Positions 49,991 through 61,745 of a stretch of 64,000 nucleotides of DNA are shown here, piece after piece. The notes under the pieces are model-generated. The model did no database searches. It was given only the letters and a program-made list of their open reading frames with translations, and was not told where the DNA came from. The position numbers and the translations under genes are program-made. Every line of letters starts with the position of its first letter. The stretch's first letter is position 1. The DNA lies in assembly GCA_024137785.1 (NCBI GenBank), contig JAHRHZ010000082.1:15462419-15526418 (forward strand), read 5' to 3'. Origin of the DNA: Ginglymostoma cirratum. Its lineage: Eukaryota.

Positions 49991-51994
49991 GTTTAAAAAA
50001 AAAACTATAAAACTGCTTTAGCACAGGTACTATGTTGGGTGTTTAGGATATCTTTGGTACAGTGGATTAAAAGCTGATTTGATAGATTACATTACATTAA
50101 CGAAAGCAATGCACTTCTTGAGGAGGAGTAGGGTTGTTTTGTACAGCGTTACTCCTGATAAGAATGAACGGATTGTCAATATCCGTGATCTTTGTTGGAC
50201 TGCTGTGTTAAATTACTAATATTCCATTGTATACTTTTGAAGTAATGCATTATGTATGTAACATTTATTTGGCCAACCCGAGAAAGTCAGTTATAATGTA
50301 CACACTTCTAATAAAAATTACGCATAATTTCTGAAGGGTTTAATTTCAACCTTTCCACAGTTGAAAAGATGTAATGACGTGGATTGGTTCAGTTTTGCCA
50401 CTGTCAATAGTCAATAATGCCATTGCAAATGAGATAATTTAACTCCTGAAAATGTAAGTGAATGAAGAAGGAATGTTTGTATTACTATGTGCATTTGGAT
50501 GGAGTAAATTTCCCTATTAAACAAGACATTAACAAGAGGGATGATTGGAATGAATGTTTGCTCTACAGTGTAGGCATCAAGAACTCCCTGATCATTTACA
50601 CAGCTTTATAACTGTTACAACGATGGTCAAAAGTTCCCAGCTATGCCACATAAATGAGGTATTGGTCCAAATCTCTCTCTTTCACACATTATTTAATTTC
50701 TACTACTTCCCATTCAACAGAAATATCTCCTCCCTCTGCTACCTCCCTACTTTTCATAACATTGGGCAACTTGCCACAAGTAGTTTCTTTTATAGGGCAA
50801 ATTGATGTTCGCTGAAAACTAAAGGTTATACTTTTTCTAATTCAAAGTACTCAAAATCTTTAATTTCTCTACTTTCACACAATATTCTTAATCAGCTGTA
50901 AAGCAATTACAGTTCTGCACTCAAGGCATACTTCTTGAGTAATCCAATGACTTTCCCTAATGTGCAGTCTTAGAACAGTTAACTTTATATCTGAAGGCAG
51001 AAGCACTCATAACACTTAAGATGTATTTAGATCTGCATTTGTGAGGCTATGAGCCAAGCGCTGCATAATGGGATTAGAATAGTGAGGTGTTTGTTTTTGG
51101 TTGATGCGATGGGCTGAAGGCTCTATTTTCCATGCTGTAGATCTCTATGTCTATATTGATTATTTATATTCAATTTGGAGCACCCACTCCATCTATCAAG
51201 TTGTTTTGGTAATTCGAAACTAATTATTGAATTTGCATTAACCATAAAGTTTTTTGGCTTTGATTTGTTTTCTGGGTGGTGTGAATTTAATATTCCAAAA
51301 CTGGTTCAATAGTTAACAACAAATTGCAATGATAACTGCTGCATATAGTCTCATATAAAATGAAAAGGATCATATGCATATTGTTGAACAAACAGATGTT
51401 TCTGTTTGGATGCTGCATAGCTGAAGTAAAGTTTCATGAGTTATATTTCAGCATGACCTTGAACTTAACAGAAGCTCTTTCAGACTCCATGGGTCTTCAG
51501 TTAAGTGGGGTGTGTCCTTGCAAGGAAAGGCTGTGCTCAACAATTGACAAATCCAGATACATGGGAAAATCTTTTTCATATTCTAGCTTGATTTGGAGAC
51601 TCTTGAGTAAGGTGATGTATTTACAACATCTGGCACCTATGATGGTTTTAATGTGTTTGTATATTCATGTACTCTACCAAACAGGAAAATAGAATAACAT
51701 AATGAGAATGATAACTTTTAAGTAGCCACAACAGAAGCTGTCATACAAAAAAAAAATCAGCCTTAGTTATAGCCAAGTCCATGTGATAAATCTGAATTAG
51801 TCTATTCCACCAGCTTCCGAGGTTGCAGCTGTCTGTACAAGTGACTTGAAGACAGCCTGATTAGGCTGAAGAAAAGCAAGTGGGAATTCAGATTTGTGAT
51901 TGGTGAGAACTGCAGAAAACTGTAACACTGAACGCCTGGTATAATGCTCTCTGGGATTCTAAAGCTTGTTGCTACTCGGTGTGAGTATTTTAAA

Positions 51995-52105
51995 TCAACC
52001 TGTTCAGACACGTTGTGACACATCTTCAGCACAAGTGGGAATTCAACTCAGATCTTCTGGCCCAGAAGCAGGGACGCTACCGCTGTGCCCAAAGAATGCC
52101 CCTTT
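51995..52105 (-). mobile_element. Short tRNA-derived element (third family)
   Basis: ctgttcagacacgttgtgacac...gtgggaattcaactc...ctggcccagaagcagggacgctaccgctgtgcc. Homologous copy at 62542-62643. Confidence 0.5.
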
Positions 52106-52559
52106 GAGCATGGTATCGGGTGCTCTGGCACTTGCAGACCATTCCTCCATGACCAACCAGACTTTTAACAGTGCAATTAGAGAGAAAAGCAACATATAAA
52201 TAAAAATTATAGCTGTTACTGAAGAATAAACATTGAGCAGATCTAATCCCAATCAGGAACACAGATATTACACCAGCCTTTTATTTGTATTTGCAAATGT
52301 TTTGCTGCCATTGGATAGAGTAATTCTTCACAGTATTACTATGTTAACCATAGTGACCTATGTACCCGCACATGAAATTGGTCGCCCTGTTTTACTTGAG
52401 GCAAGTATTATTATGATCTAGTGGCTCCAGTTATAATGGGGTAATGCCCAGTTGCTGTTATCTGTGTATCCTGTATTCAGGGTACTATACAGGAGTAAAC
52501 TCTTTGCTTGTTTGGGTGGATCAGAAGCCAAAATAAGGGTGCATGTCTTTAGAGGGTGA

Positions 52560-53175
52560 GTTTTTTTATTTGTCCCTGGGATATGGGTGTCACTGGCTAG
52601 GCCAGCATTTATTGCCCATGTCTAATTTTCCTCGAGAAGGTGGATGTGAGCTGCTAAGATTCTACAGTCGTTGGGGCGTAGCAACACCCACAATGTGAAT
52701 GGGAAGGGATTTTCCAGGATTTTGACTCAACAAGAGGGAACAGTGAGAGATTTCCAAGTCAGAATGATGAGTGTAGGTGCCGTTGTAGATGGTATATGCT
52801 CCTGCCTCTGTGCAGTGATAGGACAGGGAGAAAATGTTGAAAAATTTTGGATGGAGTGCCAATCAAGCAGCACTTTGTCTTAGATGGTGTTCAATTGAAT
52901 AAGTGATGTTGGGGCTACATCCATTCAAGAAAGTGGAGAGAAATCCATCACACTCCCAACTTGTACTTTGTATATGGTTGACTGGGTTTGGAGAGCCAGA
53001 AGGGGAAATGACTGCACTCCTGTAGACACAATGTTTGTGTAGCTTGTCCAATTCAGTTTCTCATTGATAGTAACCTCCAGGATATTGATCATGGGGTGTT
53101 CGTTGATGATGGGGCCATTGAATATCAAAGGGAAACGGTTCGATTCTTGTTTGAGATGGTCATCATGTTGCACAA
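52560..53175 (-). mobile_element. Non-LTR retrotransposon 3' fragment (same family as 17350-17710)
   Basis: ORF 52925-53173 PLIFNG..I.E.P.INILEVTINEKLNWTSY resembles the LINE RT thumb region. Confidence 0.7.
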
Positions 53176-53189
53176 GTGTCAGACAAAAT

Positions 53190-53310
53190 CTTCATCGGAG
53201 GCCTCACTAACCATGTTACCTAGCAAGGTGACGAAACGTCTGTACGATAACCAGCCAGCTCGGCAAACAAGCCAACAACCTCACCCATAACCTGAGCTAC
53301 CAATCTTCGT
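53190..53310 (+). mobile_element. Penelope-like 3' end (family E) with decayed hammerhead
   Basis: ctaacca-t-gttacc-tagcaa-ggtgac-gaaa-cgtc: stem II and GAAACGUC are retained, the CUGANGA box is mutated. Confidence 0.5.
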
Positions 53311-53403
53311 AAGAACCTTAAGTGTTACTTGCTCTCTGCTATTGGATAACATCATGTGACTACAAACCCCCATGACCCACTTAAAAATAACGAAGATTTG
53401 AAA

Positions 53404-54513
53404 GAGATAAAAGGTACTGCAGATGCTGGAGAATCCAAGATAACAAGCATGGGGCTGGATGAACACAGCAGGTCAAGCAGCATCATAGGAGCAGGAAAAC
53501 TTGACATTTCGGGCCTAAACCCTTCTTCAGAAATGGGGGAGGGGAAGATGGTTCTGAAATAAATAGGGAAAGAGGGGGAGGCGGATAGAGGATGGATAGA
53601 GGAGAGGATAGGTGGAGAGGAGGCAGACAAGTCGAAGAGGCGGGGATGGAGCCAGTAAAGGTGAGTGTAGGTAGGGAGGAGATAGGTCAGTCCAGGGAGG
53701 CCGGACAGGTCAAGGGGGCGGGATGATGTTAGTAGATAGGAGATGGGGGTGNNNNNNNNNNNNNNNNNNNNNNNNNNNNNNNNNNNNNNNNNNNNNNNNN
53801 NNNNNNNNNNNNNNNNNNNNNNNNNNNNNNNNNNNNNNNNNNNNNNNNNNNNNNNNNNNNNNNNNNNNNNNNNNNNNNNNNNNNNNNNNNNNNNNNNNNN
53901 NNNNNNNNNNNNNNNNNNNNNNNNNNNNNNNNNNNNNNNNNNNNNNNNNNNNNNNNNNNNNNNNNNNNNNNNNNNNNNNNNNNNNNNNNNNNNNNNNNNN
54001 NNNNNNNNNNNNNNNNNNNNNNNNNNNNNNNNNNNNNNNNNNNNNNNNNNNNNNNNNNNNNNNNNNNNNNNNNNNNNNNNNNNNNNNNNNNNNNNNNNNN
54101 NNNNNNNNNNNNNNNNNNNNNNNNNNNNNNNNNNNNNNNNNNNNNNNNNNNCTCCCCCAACCGCATCCCAAAACCAGCCCAGCTCATCTCCACCTCCCTA
54201 ACCTGTTTTTCCTCTCACCTATCCCCTCCTCCCACCTCAAGCCACACCCCCATCTCCTATCTACTAACATCATCCCGCCCCCTTGACCTGTCCGTCCTCC
54301 CTGGACTGACCTATCTCCTCCCTACCCACACTCACCTTTACTGGCTCCATCCCCGCCTCTTCGATTTGTCTGCCTCCTCTCTCCCTATTTATTTCAGAAC
54401 CCTCTTCCCCTCCCCCATTTCTGAAGAAGGGTTTAGGCCCGAAACGTCAAGTTTTCCTGCTCCTATGATGCTGCTTGACCTGCTGTGTTCATCCAGCCCC
54501 ACGTTTGTTATAT
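53404..54513. mobile_element. Young long-armed Penelope-like fold-back (family A)
   Basis: Near-identical inverted arms of about 300 bp, tail on the left only, perfect 13-bp TSD cgaagatttgaaa (53391-53403, 54514-54526). Intact hammerhead motif at 54421-54448. Confidence 0.92.
53752..54151. other. Assembly gap (400 N)
   Basis: Run of N at the centre of the fold-back. Confidence 0.99.
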
Positions 54514-54851
54514 CGAAGATTTGAAACCTTAGTTTTTAAATTCTGGAATGCAGATATGGTAATATGATATAATAGCATATGAAGTGCACTCAATTTTCAA
54601 GGGCTGCTTTACAGTTTAACAACAGTGTAAATGTGATTGAGCAAATACACTGTTATCATTGCCAAGCCATATTTGGTCCGCACGACTTATATTTTTTGTA
54701 TTTCTAGGGTTAAGGGAAGTGAGTTTAATTTTTAAAGTTCAGGGTATCTTAGGAGTAGTGTAATAAATTAAAATGATTGTTCACGGTAGGGTGGGGTTAT
54801 AGCTGTAAGCATTAAAAAAAATCAGCTACTTTTGTTGGAACGTTTTGATAG

Positions 54852-55800
54852 TGTTATGGAAGGGGAATAGCTGAACCCCTCCGAGAATTAAACTAAAACA
54901 CAAACCCCACTCTGCAATGACAGGAGAAGGGGTTTCCCTCTAATAAGTACCCACTAAACACTCAGATGCTTGCCTTTCCCCTCGTAATCTATTAAAAGAA
55001 TGGTTAAAAGAAAGAAAATCCCTGATCTCCACTTTACATGTAACAAGGAACAACTTATTAATTTGTTTATTGTTGGGTTAAATAAACAGAATTACTAACA
55101 AACGGACAATCCCTCCCCTTAGACTGCTAACTACTTCCTAACTGGTCTAAATTCTGCTGGAATACTGTTCAAATAAACATAAGTCCCACTTAATAAACCC
55201 AATTAATAAGAGAACAATGAATTAAACTTAATCTCTCCAAGTTCACACAGACTGTCTTCTGGAATAGACTGTCTTCTCCGCTCTCTTCACAAATGCCTTT
55301 CTTCCATTAATTCTGCTGTCAAGGATGTTTTATCTCTATAATTTCTTCAATGAGCACTTTGAGCTAAAATACCGTGGTACCTTTGATCATTAGATGGGCT
55401 TTCTCTGAGGGGAATGGTGCTAACTCTGGCAGGTGGCAGATGGCTCGCCCCGATTTTCCAAATGCCCTCGTCTTATCTCCCCATAATGACATAATCAAAT
55501 TCTTATAAACGAATTGGTTTCAGGTTGTCAACACCATCAGGTTCAATTCAATTGGCTTTCTGCATCTAGGTGCTTGGTTTAAAATAATTTGGCAAATTCA
55601 AACTTCTTGTCTTGGAAAAACTGCTGCTTGGCTGTTCTATACAAAATGTTTCCATTTGGGCACTCTCTGCGCCTCATTTAGAAACTTCCAAGCACAATTT
55701 TTAAAGGGACCACAGCACTCTTTTCCCCACAATCATTTTTACCAACAAATTCTAACTTCTTGCCTTCCAATTAATAGATACTCTACCCAACTTTACAACA
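54852..55800. mobile_element. Solo LTR (949 bp)
   Basis: Termini tgtta...caaca (TG...CA, short inverted ends) flanked by a 4-bp direct repeat atag (54848-54851, 55801-55804). Interior is non-coding. Confidence 0.6.
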
Positions 55801-55904
55801 ATAGCGATGGCATTACAGCCCAGTTAACTACTGAAAAATGTGAGAATAGTATAATCGGAAGTGAACAGATTGTAGCTAATCAAGCCAATTTTGAAGCTGC
55901 CTAT

Positions 55905-56230
55905 AAGAACGTAAAGTCATAGGGGCACAGGTGGCCCGTAAATCCACTCTGCCATTCAATGAGATCATTGCTGATCAGATAATCTTCAACTGCACGTTCC
56001 TGCCTTTTTCCCCACTGATTAAAATTTGGAGTCTGGAATATACTCAACAACCCTACCTCGATAGCCTTCAGTGGTAAACAATTCCAGATTCATTTGTCTC
56101 AAAAAAGAAATTGCTTGCCATCTCAGTCTTAATTGGGTGACTCCAAACTGAGATGATGCCCTCTGGTCCTAAACTCTTCACAACCTCTTCACATCTACCA
56201 CATCAGATAGCTCCCTAAGAATCTTGTATG
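55905..56230 (-). mobile_element. Old CR1 3' fragment
   Basis: ataagaacgtaa...gccattcaatgagatcattgctgatc...aagaaattgc...catctcagtcttaa. Confidence 0.55.
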
Positions 56231-57056
56231 TTTATTTGCAGCATTAGTCCACGTGAGTAATGCTTGAAAGGAGAATATGTAAGAAATCAGGTAAGTTAGG
56301 TTTTTTTTTTTGATCAAGTTCTTTCCAATTTCCTACCAGAAACAAAAATCTCAGGATAGCCCGATGCTAAACTTCTTTGAGTGAAGGCAACAGCCTAACT
56401 ACTACAGGGCCATATGGAGATGGAACTGGTTTTCAGCTGTTAATGGGGATTCCATTAAAATATCATTGCAAATGCTAACCAGATATAATGCAGTCTATTG
56501 CACCTGTTGGTATTGCTAATGCAGTCTCCCGTCCATGTCCTTTCCTGTTGAACATTGGTACCCAAGCACATTTGGGGCTGAAGACAAAAATATTCTATAG
56601 TAATCCTCTAAAAGGTAGACTTGTAATGTAAAAGAATGGGAAAAAAATGGAAAGGTGAAATTAGTAATTTTTAATTAATACTTATGTTTACAAAATAATG
56701 AAAAATAGTCAGTCAATCTGACACCATTGGTGTCTTACCACAAAACAATTTTTAATTGCTTCTGAATGAACTTTTTTTTGAGGTGACAGAAGCAAGATTT
56801 GTACCAACTACGTAAAGATTATTTTTAGATCAGTTTACATTGCATATTTTCACTGCTCCACTTCTCCTTACCATTTTGTTAGGAAATGTATTTTCAGCTC
56901 TTCAGTCCAAGTGGAATCAATGAAATAAATTCCTGGACAAAATTTATCTTATGACAGTTACTTAATATACAGGTTCCTTTCACTCACAATGGCAACCCAA
57001 AATATAAAAACAGAAGTAAGTACAACAGCCATAAATTGATTAACTTCTGTTTTTCA

Positions 57057-57062
57057 TTTATT
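57057..57062 (-). terminator. Putative polyadenylation signal of the minus-strand gene (CENPX)
   Basis: tttatt on + is AATAAA on -, about 550 nt after the stop codon, within repeat-free AT-rich sequence. Confidence 0.4.
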
Positions 57063-57610
57063 TGTACAAGACAAATTTACAAATGGCACACACCAAAAAT
57101 ACTGATGTTTAGAATCATTTACTTTGTCTTTGATATTAATACGTCTCGACTGTAAACCTTGAGCCTTAACCCTTGGTTTCCCAGTAACAATGCTATCGAT
57201 TTTTTTTAACGTGCATTTATAAATTGGTTTCTGTTGAATTATGATTTCAAAACTTTTAGAAATCCATCGGTGGAAGGTAATATTCGAAAAAATCTGATCC
57301 ACTTCGAAACCAATGTTTGAAAGCTCAGTTTATGAGCCAGTCTGGTACATAGCATCTTTTTCCATGTCTTGTTTTGACTGCACATAAATTAAAATTTTGG
57401 ATTTGATAATTCATGAATGGTCAGAAAAAAGAAGCAATTGCTTATACAAAATAACTGTACAATATCATTTAAATTATAAACAAGTGTGAACAAAGATCCA
57501 TAACTTCTATTACGGTCGGACTGATTTGAAAGAATGGCGTTATCAGTGTGGCAGTCAGTTGTTAGTTAAATATTATAGATCAGCACCATCTAGTGGAATA
57601 AGTCCAATTC

Positions 57611-57625
57611 CTAGAAATCCAAAAG
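57611..57625 (-). CDS. CENPX: Probable CENPX (STRA13/MHF2) terminal coding exon: LLDF*
   Basis: Minus strand tttttttttactgtttatcttgttcctacag|CTT TTG GAT TTC TAG. CENPX proteins end ...PQLLLDF, and CENPX lies tail-to-tail with ASPSCR1 in human. Only 4 codons are visible and no upstream exon was found in the window. Confidence 0.6.
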   Translation of the reverse strand, partial: LLDF

Positions 57626-57863
57626 CTGTAGGAACAAGATAAACAGTAAAAAAAAAAGGCGACAATGAAGTTTCACAAATTCATTTTAACTAGGATTAAA
57701 TTATTTAGTGTCCAACAACTAATGAAACAGATCACTTAAGGGTATATGTTGCCTTTCATTCCGGCCTCCATAATTGGTGGTCAGGGAACTTTTCTGGAGT
57801 CTGCTTCACCCTATTATGTCTAACCTATATAAAACTGCCACCAGGTTTCTTGTAAAAGAAGAA

Positions 57864-58210
57864 CAAAGTCCTACCAGATCATAGGGCTACTCTCTCGTTA
57901 GAGAGATGTGACTGGTTGGGATTGAACCTGGGGTCAACACATCTCAGGTCAGGGGAGAGCTTGAGAAGAAGGGCTGTTCCTGGTAACCTCAGTCCCATGT
58001 TATAGGCATCAGTCTGCATCACAGATAAGCCCTTCAGCCAGCCGAGCTAACTGACCCTCCACACCAGCTGAGGTCATTATGAGAGGACCCTCCTTCTCAA
58101 ACATGCTTATCACCTGAGGCATGGTAACAATGTTAAACCACCATCAGTCGTCTCTCTCTAATGACTGCAGCCCAATGGTTCCCTGGAACTACAGTTACTT
58201 TACTTACTTT
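57864..58210. mobile_element. Inverted pair of tRNA-derived SINE copies (second family)
   Basis: Minus copy at 57864-58057 followed by a 5'-truncated plus copy at about 58063-58210 (aaaccaccatcagtcgtctctctctaatga...ttactttacttacttt). Confidence 0.6.
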
Positions 58211-58274
58211 TAGAAAAAAAACCTCTCCAAGTGTACACATCCCAGTATCTGGCACTCTATGCTGGAATCTATAG

Positions 58275-58980
58275 GTGTGAGGCTGGAAAAGCACAGCAGG
58301 TCAGACAGCATCCGAGGAGCAGGAAGGTCAGCGTTTTGGGCCAAAACCCTCTTTGTCAGGACTGAGGAGGGGAGCACAGAAATAAATGGGGGGGGGCACG
58401 GGTCGGTGGGATGGTGTTAAGTAGATGCAGATGGCGGGGGTGCGGTATTGTGATATTACTGTTGGATGGGTAGGACAGATAATGAGTAGGAAGATGGACA
58501 GGTTAGGTCAGGTCAGGGAGGTGAGGAGGAGGGGGAGGGCTGGACATGGGATAATGCTGGGGGTGGAGGGATTTTTGAAGCTGGTGAAGTCAATCTTGAG
58601 GCCTTTGGACTGTAAGTTCACAAGGCAAAATATCAGGTGTCGTTCCTCCGGTTCACATTTGGCCTCACTCTGACAGTGGAGGAAGCCAAGGATGGATATA
58701 TCTCAGGGGATTGGGAGGGGGAATTAAAACAGATGGCAACCAGAAGGTCAGATTGGTTGTTGCATGCAGAGCACGGATGCTCTGCAAACCGGTCCTAGAG
58801 TCTGCATTTGGTCTCCCCGATATGGAGGGGACTACATCGGGAGCATTGGATGCAATACACAAGGTTGGATGAGGTGCAGATGAGTGTCTGCCGGATCTGG
58901 AAGGATTGTTTGGGGCCTTGGACAGAGGTGAGGGGGAGGTGTGAAGGCAGGTGTTGCACCTCTTGCAGTTGAAGGGAAAG
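58275..58980 (-). mobile_element. Penelope-like element 3' portion (GIY-YIG)
   Basis: ORF 58795: LTSVQGPKQSFQIRQTLICTSSNLVYCIQCSRCSPLHIGETKCRL. Confidence 0.85.
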
Positions 58981-59322
58981 GCTCAGGGAAATGAACGCAA
59001 GCCCTTTTCTGAGGACTGACCGATCGGCCTCAGTGAGAAGGTCTGGGGGCGGTTGGGATGATGAATACCCAGCAGGGCTTGGGGTTGGGCAGTCCTCACC
59101 ATACCACCCCACCAACCTCTGAATCCAATGCATCATCCTCTGACATTTCCGCCACCTACCATCACATGGAAATGAATTTGACGTACGTCTCCTTGTCATC
59201 ATTCCCCCACCTCCACACCTATTTCTTTGAACGGGAATCCAACCCACCCTCTAACAACACCTTCTCCAGTGAACTCCATCTTCCTACACAGCCCCTCCTG
59301 GTGTCCTACCCTCCCTCAACCT

Positions 59323-59622
59323 GTGGCTCAGTGGTTAGCACTGTTGCCGCACAGCACCAGGGACCTGGATTTGATTCCACTGTCTGTGTAGAGTTTGCAC
59401 ATTCTCCCCGTGTCTGCGTGGGTTTCCTGCTGATGCTCCGGTTTCCTCCCACAGTCCAAAGATGTGCAGGCTAGGTGGATTGGCCGTGCTAAATTGCCCA
59501 TTGTGTTCAGGGATGTGTAGATTAGGTGTGTTATCAAGGGATGGGTCTGGGTGGGATGCTTGGAGGGTCAGTGTGAATTTGTTGGGCCGAGGGGCCTGTT
59601 TCCACACTGTAGGGATTCTGTG
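59323..59622 (+). mobile_element. tRNA-derived SINE (HE1/V-SINE type)
   Basis: gtggctcagtggttagcactg, V-domain and agggattct tail. Confidence 0.9.
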
Positions 59623-61128
59623 AACATCCATCACTTGGACCCCTCCACCCCGCATTTGTCCCTCTTCCACAACTACACTGGCACCATCCCTTACCTTTTC
59701 CTCTGCTATATTGATGACTGCATTGGTGCTGCCTCGTGCTCCCACGAGGAGCTCGAGCAGTTCATCAACTTCGCCAAACCTTCCATCCAGCCCTCCAATT
59801 CACTTGGACAATTCCTGACACCTCCCTCCCCCCACCGGACCTCTCCGTCTCCATCTCCGGTAACCGACTCACCAATGACATCCATTTCAAACCCACTAAC
59901 TCCCACAACTACCTTGACTGCATCTCCTCTCACCCACCCTTCTGCAAAAATGCTATCCCACGCTCCCAATTCCTCTGCTGCATCTGCTCCCAGGATAAGG
60001 TGTTCTTCTCCAGGACATCCTAGATATCCTCTTACTTCAAGGACCACAATTTCCCCTCCTCTAATTAAGGATGCCCTCAACCACGTCTCCATTTCTCACA
60101 CTTCTGCCCTCAAACCCCCTCCTCCAACAACAATAAGGATAGACATTTTTCCCCTCTCCACCCTTATCTGCCTTCCGAAGGGGGCCGCTCTCTCCGTGAC
60201 TCCCTTGTCCGCTCTACACTCCGCAATAGCCCTACCACTTTTCCCTACAACTGGAGGAACTGCTACACCTGCCCCTATACCTCCCCCCTCACCCCCATCC
60301 CAGGCCCCAAGAAAATCTTCCACATTAAACAGATGTTCACCTGCACATCTGCTAACTTGGTATATTGTATCTGCTATTCCCGATGTGGCGGTCTCTACAT
60401 CGGGGAAACCAAGAGGAGGCTTGGAGACCGTTTTGTGGAACACCTACGCTCGGTTCGCGACAAACGACTGCACCTCTCAGTCATGAACCACTTCAACTCC
60501 CCCTCCCCCTCCCCCTCCCACTCCCACTCCTTGGACAACATGTCCATCTGGGGGCTGCCTCCAGTGCCACAACAATGCCACCCGAAGATTGCAGGAACAG
60601 CACCTCATATTTTGCTTGGAAACCCTGCAGCCCAATGGTATCAATGTGGACTTCACAAGCTTCAAAATCTCCCCACCCCAACCTCATCCCAAAACCAGCC
60701 CAGCTCGGTCCAACCTCCTTGACCTGTCTGTCTTTTCTCCCACCTATCCGCTCCTCTCACCTCAACCCCCACCCCCACCTCCTACTTACCAGCCTCATCC
60801 CTGCCTCCTTGACCTGTTAGTCTTCCCTTGACTGACCAAACCCCATCCTAACTCCCCAACTACGCTCACCTTTACTGGCTCCATCCCCGCCTCCTTGACC
60901 TGTCCATCTCCTCTCCACCTATCTGCTCCTTTAGCCACCTTCCATCCACCTCCCCCTCTGTCTCTATTTATTTCAGAATCCCCTTCCCCTCCCCCATTTC
61001 TGAAGAAGGGTCCAGACCCGAAACGTCAGCTTCCCTGCTCCTCTGATGCTGCTTGGCCTGCTGTGTTCACCCAGCTCTACAACTTTTTATCTCAGATTCT
61101 CCAGCATCGGCAGTTCCTACTATCTCCT
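59623..61128 (+). mobile_element. Penelope-like retroelement, 5'-truncated and frameshifted (RT C-terminal half + GIY-YIG + pLTR end)
   Basis: LFLCYIDDCIGAASCSHEELEQFINF (RT YIDD), FHPALQFTWTI...KPTNSHNYLD..SSHP, FTCTSANLVYCICYSRCGGLYIGETKRRLGDRFVEH, EQHLIFCLETLQPNGIN. Ends in the family A hammerhead plus tail, which ties the mini fold-backs to Penelope. Confidence 0.93.
61000..61027 (+). ncRNA. Minimal hammerhead ribozyme motif (Penelope-associated)
   Basis: CTGAAGA-a-gggtc-ca-gaccc-GAAA-cGTC. Confidence 0.65.
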
Positions 61129-61745
61129 TATCAAGGATAGAGTCCCCTTAGTTTTCTGGCTATAGAATCTGGCTTCCAGCATCTGCAGTCCGTCTTATCA
61201 CCAATCCTCTGCTGGAACCCTCACTGATTCTCTACTTCCTATGCTGGGTTCACTGATGTTTATTTGCATTAACCCCAATTGAACTACCCAGTGCTGCTCA
61301 ATGATCGAACACAAAAACTAAATAAATGGCTAGAATATTTGCATTTAATCATTTCCAGTTGGATTTTAAGAGTTTAATCTCAAGAAAATTGCAGGATTAT
61401 TAAAACATAAATGAGACAGGAAGATTTACTGTAATTTCCCTCTGTACTTTCATAGGCCTTTTTGAATAGTTGGCCACTCTCTTAACTGATAGATGCTGTA
61501 TCATAATAGCGACCAGTAAAGCATTATGTTGTACTTGTTAGAAAAATTCCAGCTTCGGCTTATATTTTCCCTTATGATCAGATCCAGTCTTCTGGTCACA
61601 GATTGAATGCTATGTCAAATTTAAATGGCTTGAACAATTCAATTTTCAATCTTTAAAAGCTGTCTGTTCCTTCTCTTTCAGGCTTAAATTCATTGGCCTT
61701 TCTCCCCATTCCCCCCCTCCTTCCTGAATGGACAGAAATCCCTTT

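Noticed and set aside
20222-54286. Long ORFs containing X runs (20222, 24952-25257, 53710-54286)
   Set aside because: Artefacts of N gaps.
59551-60486. 311-aa ORF, the longest in the track
   Set aside because: It starts in a SINE tail, follows the Penelope RT frame only briefly (YIDD), then continues out of frame as Pro/Ser-rich sequence. Not a gene.
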